From contig JAVJUA010000056.1 in NCBI GenBank assembly GCA_040219935.1, positions 14,611 through 78,610 of the forward strand: 64,000 nucleotides of DNA. Reading direction: 5' to 3'. The notes under the pieces were generated by a model that saw only the letters and a program-made list of their open reading frames with translations, ran no database searches and had not been told where the DNA came from. Each line of letters starts with the position of its first letter. Positions within the stretch are counted from its first letter, which is position 1. Source of the DNA: Pseudomonadales bacterium (GTDB taxonomy: Bacteria; Pseudomonadota; Gammaproteobacteria; Pseudomonadales; Azotimanducaceae). The position numbers and the translations under genes were made by a program. Below, in pieces: positions 19,213-26,280 of this stretch.

Positions 19213-19722
19213 ATGACTCTTGGTCGCATGACCCGGCGCCGGGCGCTGGCGCTCACGGGCGGCGCCGCGGCCGCCGCGGCGCTGATGCCCGGGCGGCTGC
19301 TGGCGAAGACGGTGGATGCCGGCCTGGCAGAATCCGACCTCATCTACCTCACGCCGCTCAAGGCCGGGGGCACGGAGAGTGCCTGTCAGGCCGAGGTGTG
19401 GTTCGTGGCCGAAGGGCGCGATGCCTGGGTGGTCACCGCCCAGGACTCGTGGCGGGCCCGGGCGCTGGCCCGAGGCTACGACCGGGCCCGGGTCTGGGTC
19501 GGTGACGTCGGCGTCTGGACCCGCTCCGACGGTGCCTACCGGCAGCTTCCCGTGGCGGAGGCCCGAGTCGAGCGGGTCGACGACCCCGACGTGCACACCC
19601 GGGTGCTGGCGCTGTTCGGCGCCAAGTATCCGCTGTCCTGGGTGCTGTGGGGGCCGCGCTTCCGCAACGGCCTGACGGCCCGGTCGCGGGTGATGCTGCG
19701 CTACCGGCTGACGCCGGCCTGA
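19213..19722 (+). CDS. Tat-signal hypothetical protein
   Basis: AAGGAGG at 19202 precedes ATG 19213. Twin-arginine leader MTLGRMTRRRALALTGGAAAAAAL. Family not recognised. Confidence 0.6.
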   Translation: MTLGRMTRRRALALTGGAAAAAALMPGRLLAKTVDAGLAESDLIYLTPLKAGGTESACQAEVWFVAEGRDAWVVTAQDSWRARALARGYDRARVWVGDVGVWTRSDGAYRQLPVAEARVERVDDPDVHTRVLALFGAKYPLSWVLWGPRFRNGLTARSRVMLRYRLTPA

Positions 19723-19734
19723 AGCCGGATCGAC

Positions 19735-20766
19735 TCAGCGTTCGAGAGCTTCGCAAAGCTCCAGCAACAGCGCGCGGGTGGCGTCGAAGGCCAGGCAGCC
19801 GTCGGTGATGCTCTGGCCGTAGCGCAGCGACGGCCCTATGTCCTGGCGGCCGCCCACCAGGTGGCTCTCGATCATCAGCGCGCGAATGCCGCGGTTGCCG
19901 GCCGCCCGCTGGCCGACCACGGCGCGGGCGACGTCGGGCTGGCGCTGCGGGTCCTTGCCGCTGTTGGCGTGGCTGCAGTCCACCATCAGCACCGGCGGCA
20001 GGTCGGCATCGCGCAGCAGGGCCTGGGCGGCGCCAATGGCTTCGGCATCGAAGTTCGGACGCTCGCCGCCGCGCAGCACCAGGTGGCAGTCGGGGTTGCC
20101 GCCGGTCTCGAAAATGGCGGGCGCCCCCTCCTTGGTGAGTGACGGAAACAGGTGCCGATGGCCGGCGGCGCGGATGGCGTCGATGGCCACCTGCACATTG
20201 CCGTCGGTGCGGTTCTTGATGCCCACCGGCATCGACAGGCCGGACGCCAGCTCGCGATGGATCTGGCTCTCCACGGTGCGGGCGCCGATGGCGCCCCAGC
20301 TGATCAGGTCGGTGTAGTACTGACCGAAGGTGGTGTCGAGAAACTCGGTGCCCGCCGGCACGCCGGCGGCGGCCACGTCGATCAGCAGTTGCCGCGCCAG
20401 GCGCAGGCCGCGGTTGATCTGGTAGGTGCCGTCCAGGCCCGGGTCATTGATCAGCCCCTTCCAGCCCACCACGGTGCGCGGCTTCTCGAAGTAGACGCGC
20501 ATGACGCACAACAGCCGCCCACGCACCTCGTCCGCGAGGTCAGCAAGGCGGCCGGCATAGTCCATGGCGGCAGCGGGGTCGTGCACGGAGCAGGGCCCGA
20601 CGATCACCAGCAGCCGCGGGTCGTCGCCCCAGATCACGTTGCGCACAGCGTCCCGCGAAGAATGCACCAGGGCGGCGGCTTCCGGCGTCAGCGGCAGCTC
20701 CTCCTCCAGCACGGCCGGAGAGATGAGCGGGTGGGTGCGGGTGATGCGCAGGTTGTCGGTGAGCAT
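19735..20766 (-). CDS. 3-deoxy-7-phosphoheptulonate (DAHP) synthase, class I (AroF/G/H type)
   Basis: 343-aa ORF with class I DAHP synthase motifs (LLVIVGPCSVHD, KPRT..GWKGLINDP, MVDCSHANS). Confidence 0.92.
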   Translation of the reverse strand: MLTDNLRITRTHPLISPAVLEEELPLTPEAAALVHSSRDAVRNVIWGDDPRLLVIVGPCSVHDPAAAMDYAGRLADLADEVRGRLLCVMRVYFEKPRTVVGWKGLINDPGLDGTYQINRGLRLARQLLIDVAAAGVPAGTEFLDTTFGQYYTDLISWGAIGARTVESQIHRELASGLSMPVGIKNRTDGNVQVAIDAIRAAGHRHLFPSLTKEGAPAIFETGGNPDCHLVLRGGERPNFDAEAIGAAQALLRDADLPPVLMVDCSHANSGKDPQRQPDVARAVVGQRAAGNRGIRALMIESHLVGGRQDIGPSLRYGQSITDGCLAFDATRALLLELCEALER

Positions 20767-20819
20767 GGGTGCCTGTGGCGTGTCGACGGGACGATGGCGG
20801 TGGCGTAGTTTACCCGACC

Positions 20820-21680
20820 ATGACCGAGCAGACCGAATCGCTGACGCCCGAAGAGCGCTTCTGGCGCGACCCGCCGTGGCGCGGCGGCCGCACGCAGTTC
20901 CGCCTCGGCCTGAGCCAGATCGCCGAGGACGAGTGGCTCGATGCCCCCATCGACGAGGGGGAGCGGGCGCGCAAGCGGCGCCTGCTGGAGACGCGCCGCG
21001 ACGCCGTGGTGCGCCGGGTGCCTGGCTTCGAGGCCCTGGAGGCGGCCGCCGCCGGTTTCGTTGCCGGCGTGCTGCGCGGTCGTGGCGTCCCGGCGCCGGA
21101 AGCGCCGGCCACGCTGGAAGCGCTGGCGCTCACCGTGCCGGACGACCTGTGCCTGCTGGCACCGTCGGCCGAGGGCCACCGGCTGGTGGCCGCCTGCCTG
21201 TGCGCGCCGTCCTACTGGCGACTGGGGGAGAAGATCGGCAAGACCATGCCCGGCGTGCACGGGCCGGTGCCCGGGCTGAACGACGCGGTGGGCGACATGC
21301 TGCAGCGGTTCTTCGACAACCTGCCGGCGGGGCGGGTGTTCCGGCGGCGCAACTTCCTGATTCATCAGAGTGACGAGCCGTTCCACCCCGAGGACGAGCG
21401 CTGGGAGCTGCCGGTGACGCCGGCGCGCTGCCCGTCGCTGTTCGTGCGCTCCGAGACCCAGACGCTGCGGCGCGTGCCGGACGACGGCGTGCTGTTCACC
21501 ATACGCGTGCAGAGCCTGGCCCTGGGGGGCATCGCCCGCCACCCGCAGGCGGCCGCCGACCTGCTGGCGGCCATGGACCGTATGTCCGACAACGAGCGCC
21601 GCGCCTTCGGAGCCGCCCATCACGGCGTCGCTTTGCGGCAATATCTCACCTCCATCATTAACGCCGACGCCGACTCGTGA
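20820..21680 (+). CDS. DUF3445-family protein (heme-dependent oxidative N-demethylase-like)
   Basis: ATG 20820 within ORF 20769..21680. Recognition rests on motifs LCLLAP...CLCAPSYW and RRNFLIH...R.E.QTLRR. The stop overlaps the next start (GTGA). Confidence 0.7.
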   Translation: MTEQTESLTPEERFWRDPPWRGGRTQFRLGLSQIAEDEWLDAPIDEGERARKRRLLETRRDAVVRRVPGFEALEAAAAGFVAGVLRGRGVPAPEAPATLEALALTVPDDLCLLAPSAEGHRLVAACLCAPSYWRLGEKIGKTMPGVHGPVPGLNDAVGDMLQRFFDNLPAGRVFRRRNFLIHQSDEPFHPEDERWELPVTPARCPSLFVRSETQTLRRVPDDGVLFTIRVQSLALGGIARHPQAAADLLAAMDRMSDNERRAFGAAHHGVALRQYLTSIINADADS

Positions 21681-24600
21681 CGTTTCAGAAACTGCTCGCC
21701 GCCCTGACCGGGTGGCTGCTGGCCGCCATGCTGCTGCCCGCCGTGGCCGCCGAAGCCACTGCCGACCCGGACGCCGACCTGCCCCTGCAGCCGGCGCGCA
21801 CCGTATCGTTCGAGACCGACCGCGCCACCTGGTTGTCCCTCGACCTCTCGCCAGACGGCGAGACCCTGGTGATCGAGGTGCTGGGCGATCTCCACCTGCT
21901 GCCGGCCGACGGTGGCCAGGCCAGGCCCCTGACCCGGGGCATGGCGTTCGACAGCCAGCCGGCATTCTCGCCAGATGGCCGCCACATCGCCTTCGTGAGC
22001 GACCGCGACGGCGCGGAGAACGTGTGGATCATCGGCGCCGACGGCAACGACGCCCGGCGGCTCACCAGCAACAGCGCCCAGGACGAGTTTGCTTCGCCCG
22101 CATGGGCCCCGGACGGCAGCCATGTGGTGGTCTCCCGCACCAACTGGGGCCTGCGCACGTTCGAGGTGTGGGCCTACCACCTGGAAGGCGGGCAGGGCGT
22201 GCAGCTCACCAAGGCCAAGAGCAACGGCGACACGCCCGCCAACCAGCGCAGCAACAGCCTCGGCGCCGTCTACTCACCGGATGGGCGCTATCTCTACTAC
22301 GCCCGCAAGAACGGCGGCTTCGGCTACAACCTGCGGCTGCCGCTGTGGCAGATCGTGCGCCATGACCTGCGCAGCGGCGAGGAGGACACCATCACCCAGG
22401 CCCGGGGCAGCGCCATCCGCCCGCGGCTGTCGCCGGACGGCGGGCGCCTGGTGTTCGGAACCCGCCACGAGCAGCAGACGGGGCTGCGCATTCGCGATCT
22501 GAGCACCGGGTCGGAACGCTGGCTGGTGCATCCGGTGACCCGCGACGAGCAGGAGTCGCGGTTCACCCGCGACCTGCTGCCGGGTTACGCCTTCTCCCCC
22601 GACGGCGCGGCTCTGCTGCTGGCGCGTGACGGGCGCATCGAGCGCGTCGAGATCGACGGCGGCCGTGCCACCGACGTGCCGTTCCAGGTGGCCGTCGAGC
22701 AGCCGGTGGGCCCGGATCTGACCGCCCCGTACCGGCTTGGTGTGGGGCCGGTGAAGGCGCGCCTGATCCGTGATCCGGCGCTGTCGCCGGACGGTGGGCG
22801 GCTGGCGTTCTCGGCGTTCACCCGCATCTACGTGCGCGACCTCGAGAGTGGCCAGACCCGGCCGCTGTCGCCGGAGGGCGTGGCCGCGTTCCATCCGGCC
22901 TGGTCGCCCGACGGCCGCAGCCTCGCCTACGCCACCTGGGAGGCGCGGGGCGGTCACCTGTGGCGGCAGCGGGCCGACGGTCGCGGCCAGCCGCGGCGCC
23001 TCACCGAGACGGCCGGCTACTACAGCGACCCAGCCTTTGCGCCTGACGGCGCGCGGCTGGTGGCGCTGCGGGCGGCGAGCTACCAGCGCCTGTACCGGGA
23101 GTGGGATTTCGGCATGCCGGTAGGCTCCGACCTGGTCTGGCTGCCGGCCGACGGCGGCGCTGCCACCACGGTGCTGCCGAGCCGCGGTTTCACCGCGCCC
23201 CACTTCGGCCCGGAGCCCGACCGCATCTATCTCTACCAGGGCTCGGGATCAAAGGGCGGCGGGCTGATGTCGGTGCGCTTCGACGGCTCCGATCGACGCG
23301 ATCATCTGAGCGTGAAGGGGCAGGGCGCCTTCCTGGACGAGGATCCGGTGGGCGCCGACGACGTGCGCATCTCGCCGGACGGCCGCCACGCGCTGATCAC
23401 CCATGCCAACCAGCTCTACGTCGCGGCGCTGCTCAATCCGCATCTGCAGGGTCTGGCCATCGCCCTGGAGAAGCCGTCGGTGCCGGTGGCGCGGCTCACC
23501 GACGTCGGCGCCGACTTTGCCGGCTGGGACGGGGCGGATGGCGTGTTCTGGTCCACCGGGCACGTCGTCTACCGGCGGCCCGTCGCCAGCGTCCGCTTCC
23601 GCGACGGCGAGCCGCAGGACGACAAGGCAGCCGACGCGGATGGCGACGGTGCGGAAGCTGGCGAGGACGCCGACGAGCCGCTGCGCGAGGCCCACGAGGC
23701 GGTGCGCGAGACGCTGGTCGAGATCTACCGGCCGCGGGCGGTGCCCGAGGGTGTGATCGCGCTGGAGGGGGCGACGGTGCTGCCCATGACCGACCAGCAG
23801 ACCGTCATCCGCGACGCCGTGGTGGTGATCGAGAACGACCGCATCACCGCCGTAGGCCCGCGGGGCGAGGTGACCGTGCCGGCCGGTGCCGAGCGCCTAG
23901 ATGTGACCGGCAAGTTCGTGCTGCCCGGCTTCATCGACAGCCACGCCCACTTCCGGCCGCTGCGCCGGCTGCTGGACACCGAGAACTGGGCCTTTCTCGC
24001 CAACCTGGCCTACGGCGTGACCACCGGCCTCGACGTCCAGACCGGCACCATCGACACCCTGGCCTATCAGGACCTGATCGACGCCGGGCTGATGATCGGC
24101 CCGCGGGCGCTGTCCACGGGCCCGGGCGTCTTCAGCAATAATGCCTTCCGCTCCCAGGCCCACGCCCGCGCCGTGCTGACCCGCTATCGCGACCACTATG
24201 GGGTGCGCAACCTCAAGGCGTACCTGCCCGGCAATCGCCAGCAGCGTCAATGGGTCGTTCAGGCCGCCCACGAACTCGGCATGCTGCCCACCACCGAGGG
24301 CGGCCTCGACATGAAGCTGGGCCTCACCCATGTCATCGACGGCTTCTGGGGCCACGAGCACAACTTTCCGGTCACGCCGCTCTACCGCGACGTGGTGGAG
24401 CTGGTGGCGCGCACCGGGGTGAAGTACACGCCGTCGCTGCTGGTGAACTACGGCGGGCCGGCGGCGGAAACGTGGTACTACAGCCGCGAGAGCCCGCACC
24501 GCGATCCGAAGCTGCGCCGCTTCACGCCGGATCACATGCTGGCCGCGCGCACCCTGCGCGGCAGCTGGTTTCATGACGACGAGTACGTGTTCCGCGACTT

Positions 24601-25000
24601 CGCCGCCCAGGCGGCCAGGATAGCCCGCGCCGGCGGCCAGGTCGGCGTCGGCGCCCACGGCCAGCTGCAGGGGCTCGGCTATCACTGGGAGCTGTGGGCA
24701 CTGGCCACCGGCATGACGCCGTGGGAGGCCCTCACCGCAGCGACCCGGCACGGTGCCGAGATCATCGGCGTGGCCGACGACGTCGGCACCGTGGAGGCGG
24801 GCAAGCTGGCCGACCTGGTGGTGCTCGACGCCGACCCCCTGACCGACATCCGCCACAGCAACGCGCTGCGCTACGTCATGAAGAACGGCGAGCTGTTCGA
24901 GGCGGACACGCTGGATCGCATATGGCCGTCAGCGCGGCCGCTGCCCGACCAGTGGTGGTGGGATCTGGCGCCGCCGGTGGCTCAGGGCGGGAGTCCGTAG
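21677..25000 (+). CDS. Secreted TolB-like beta-propeller / amidohydrolase fusion protein
   Basis: 1107-aa ORF with signal peptide LLPAVAAEA. At least 9 PD40-type repeats (FSPDGRHIAF, WAPDGSHVVV, YSPDGRYLYY, LSPDGGRLVF, WSPDGRSLAY...). An acidic linker follows, then an amidohydrolase domain (GFIDSHAHF ... ADLVVLDADPL). Confidence 0.88.
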   Translation: MTFQKLLAALTGWLLAAMLLPAVAAEATADPDADLPLQPARTVSFETDRATWLSLDLSPDGETLVIEVLGDLHLLPADGGQARPLTRGMAFDSQPAFSPDGRHIAFVSDRDGAENVWIIGADGNDARRLTSNSAQDEFASPAWAPDGSHVVVSRTNWGLRTFEVWAYHLEGGQGVQLTKAKSNGDTPANQRSNSLGAVYSPDGRYLYYARKNGGFGYNLRLPLWQIVRHDLRSGEEDTITQARGSAIRPRLSPDGGRLVFGTRHEQQTGLRIRDLSTGSERWLVHPVTRDEQESRFTRDLLPGYAFSPDGAALLLARDGRIERVEIDGGRATDVPFQVAVEQPVGPDLTAPYRLGVGPVKARLIRDPALSPDGGRLAFSAFTRIYVRDLESGQTRPLSPEGVAAFHPAWSPDGRSLAYATWEARGGHLWRQRADGRGQPRRLTETAGYYSDPAFAPDGARLVALRAASYQRLYREWDFGMPVGSDLVWLPADGGAATTVLPSRGFTAPHFGPEPDRIYLYQGSGSKGGGLMSVRFDGSDRRDHLSVKGQGAFLDEDPVGADDVRISPDGRHALITHANQLYVAALLNPHLQGLAIALEKPSVPVARLTDVGADFAGWDGADGVFWSTGHVVYRRPVASVRFRDGEPQDDKAADADGDGAEAGEDADEPLREAHEAVRETLVEIYRPRAVPEGVIALEGATVLPMTDQQTVIRDAVVVIENDRITAVGPRGEVTVPAGAERLDVTGKFVLPGFIDSHAHFRPLRRLLDTENWAFLANLAYGVTTGLDVQTGTIDTLAYQDLIDAGLMIGPRALSTGPGVFSNNAFRSQAHARAVLTRYRDHYGVRNLKAYLPGNRQQRQWVVQAAHELGMLPTTEGGLDMKLGLTHVIDGFWGHEHNFPVTPLYRDVVELVARTGVKYTPSLLVNYGGPAAETWYYSRESPHRDPKLRRFTPDHMLAARTLRGSWFHDDEYVFRDFAAQAARIARAGGQVGVGAHGQLQGLGYHWELWALATGMTPWEALTAATRHGAEIIGVADDVGTVEAGKLADLVVLDADPLTDIRHSNALRYVMKNGELFEADTLDRIWPSARPLPDQWWWDLAPPVAQGGSP

Positions 25001-25039
25001 ACTCGGGGCAGATTCTTGGGGCGTTGAACGGGGGCGCCT

Positions 25040-25129
25040 GCCGGACAGGCCATTTCGCGCAGCGGCCGTCATTGTCGTCGGGCTCTGAGATGAGATGCGT
25101 GGCTTAACGCGCGAAAAGGCCTGTCCGGC
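25040..25129. repeat. Long-stem hairpin / inverted repeat H1 (21-nt arms, 48-nt loop)
   Basis: gccggacaggccatttcgcgc (25040-25060) pairs with gcgcgaaaaggcctgtccggc (25109-25129) at 20/21 positions. It begins 40 nt after the amidohydrolase stop. Confidence 0.7.
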
Positions 25130-25266
25130 CACGGCCCCACACCACCCCACAATCTGCTTATCACGTTGAAGAACGCAGCTTCCGGCGCCTTTGCGCACGA
25201 TCACGCGATTCGGCTCTGCACTTTCATTCAGCTCGCAGCGCCAACCCGTAATCCAGGACGAGAGCA

Positions 25267-25284
25267 GGGGGTTGGGGGGGCGGG
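25267..25284 (+). other. Compact G-quadruplex-forming motif (G5-TT-G7-C-G3)
   Basis: gggggttgggggggcggg gives four G3+ tracts with loops of 1-2 nt on the + strand. Confidence 0.5.
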
Positions 25285-25290
25285 CGTGTG

Positions 25291-25379
25291 CCGGGGAACA
25301 CCTGCTGGCCTGTTCAGGCCCCGCAGTACTCCGCCGCCGCTAAAGCGCTGACGCCCGCTGGCCAGCAGGTGTTACCCGG
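25291..25379. repeat. Long-stem hairpin / inverted repeat H2 (20-nt arms, 49-nt loop)
   Basis: ccggggaacacctgctggcc (25291-25310) pairs with ggccagcaggtgttacccgg (25360-25379) at 19/20 positions. Confidence 0.7.
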
Positions 25380-25381
25380 CG

Positions 25382-25463
25382 CGCGATCCGCCGGCCATGA
25401 CCGTGATCTCGATCCGAAACTCCGCGATCCGCCGGCCATGACCGTGATCTCGATCCGAATCCC
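25382..25463. repeat. Tandem direct duplication, 2 x 41 bp (39/41 identical; the first 37 nt are perfect)
   Basis: cgcgatccgccggccatgaccgtgatctcgatccgaa occurs at 25382-25418 and again at 25423-25459. Each copy has three GATC sites. Confidence 0.9.
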
Positions 25464-25468
25464 TGCTC

Positions 25469-25633
25469 TCAGGCCGCCGGAATCAGGTACAGGTTCTCGC
25501 AGTCGGGATCATTCGCCACCGCGTCGTTCACGGGCTCGTACTGCTCGAACAGGGCGGTAGCGTCGTGGATCAGATCGTTGGCGAGGACCTCGGTGATCAG
25601 GGTGTCGGCAGCGGCTTCGTAGAGGGTGTTCAT
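25469..25633 (-). CDS. Unannotated 54-aa acidic micro-protein (no Lys/Arg), function unknown
   Basis: Below the 60-aa cutoff of the ORF track. AAGGAA-N7-ATG at 25633, with an in-frame stop 14 codons upstream. Sequence: MNTLYEAAADTLITEVLANDLIHDATALFEQYEPVNDAVANDPDCENLYLIPAA. 46/53 codons end in G/C, as in the surrounding genes. Confidence 0.55.
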   Translation of the reverse strand: MNTLYEAAADTLITEVLANDLIHDATALFEQYEPVNDAVANDPDCENLYLIPAA

Positions 25634-25682
25634 GGGCGCGTTCCTTGGGGGTGGGCCCCGGCGATGGGTTCGTCATCGACGA

Positions 25683-25698
25683 TGCAACGCGCGTGCCA
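25683..25698 (-). promoter_or_regulatory. Sigma-54 (RpoN) -24/-12 promoter
   Basis: The minus strand reads cCTGGCACGCGCGTTGCAtc, an exact fit to TGGCAC-N5-TTGCA. The predicted start lies ~40 nt upstream of the micro-ORF ATG. Confidence 0.6.
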
Positions 25699-25771
25699 GG
25701 CGGCGGAAGGCCCGTAAATCCACGGCCCGGCGCCGCTGGACGCTTCAGATCCGGGCGTGGCCGAGCGGCCG

Positions 25772-25790
25772 CCGCACCACGGCGGTGCGG
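25772..25790. promoter_or_regulatory. NtrC-family-type enhancer dyad CCGCACC-N5-GGTGCGG
   Basis: Perfect 7-nt arms with the GCACC-N5-GGTGC geometry. Centred ~84 bp upstream of the -24 GG, roughly -108 from the predicted start. Confidence 0.4.
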
Positions 25791-25794
25791 ATCT

Positions 25795-25835
25795 GGGCCT
25801 GTTCACGCTACGCCGGGCGTAGCGTGAACAGGCCC
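25795..25835 (-). terminator. Perfect 20-bp-arm palindrome overlapping the stop of the lipoprotein gene (a terminator-like hairpin with no U-tract)
   Basis: gggcctgttcacgctacgcc g ggcgtagcgtgaacaggccc. Neither strand has a following T/U run. Confidence 0.4.
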
Positions 25836-26200
25836 TAGTTGAGCACCGCGTAGCCGCGGTTGCGCAGGCAGTTGCGCACCACCACCTGCCGCTCCCGGAG
25901 CGCGTCGCCGGTGCCGCGGGCGCCGCCCACCACGGCGCCGGCGCCGGCGGAGCGCTTGGCGGTGTCGCTGTTGCCCACCGCGGCGCCGATCAGGCCGCCC
26001 ACCACGGCCCCGGCAGCGGCGCCGGTGGCGGCCCGGCCGCCCATCTCCACCTGCTCGGCGTACTCCTGACACTCCATGTGGTCAATGCGGTACTGGGCCG
26101 GATCGACGCCGCGCATGTCGACGATGGGGCCGCGGCCGCCGCGGCCCGCGCAGGCGGCCACGGAGCAGACGAGGACGAGGCAGATGAGCATGCGCAGCAT
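25835..26200 (-). CDS. Glycine-zipper outer-membrane lipoprotein
   Basis: ATG 26200 is preceded by GGGAGA. Lipobox LVCSVAAC. Gly-zipper segment GAAAGAVVGGLIGAAVG...GAGAVVGGARG. The longer ORF to 26410 has no support. Confidence 0.8.
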   Translation of the reverse strand: MLRMLICLVLVCSVAACAGRGGRGPIVDMRGVDPAQYRIDHMECQEYAEQVEMGGRAATGAAAGAVVGGLIGAAVGNSDTAKRSAGAGAVVGGARGTGDALRERQVVVRNCLRNRGYAVLN

Positions 26201-26280
26201 GGCGACGGTCTCCCGGTGAGCGTTGTCTATGAGCATAGCCGAGCAGACCACGAGCACCATGAACGGGCGCTGAACGGATC

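Noticed and set aside
17593-19596. 667-aa minus-strand ORF
   Set aside because: It is antisense to class I fumarase. The same reasoning applies to 28002..30386 (antisense to RND), 32787..34799 (antisense to uvrB), 36482..38146 (antisense to DUF3604) and 50913..52919 (antisense to the sensor kinase).
25382-25463. Possible mini CRISPR array
   Set aside because: There are only two repeat copies, separated by 4 nt instead of a ~30-nt spacer. There are no cas genes and no leader. It is a tandem duplication.
25166-25560. Plus-strand ORFs 25166..25351 (61 aa) and 25288..25560 (90 aa) in the non-coding gap
   Set aside because: Third-position composition is mixed or low, and the starts are TTG or lack an RBS. 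The second reads the 41-bp repeats in two different frames and runs antisense through the better-supported micro-ORF.
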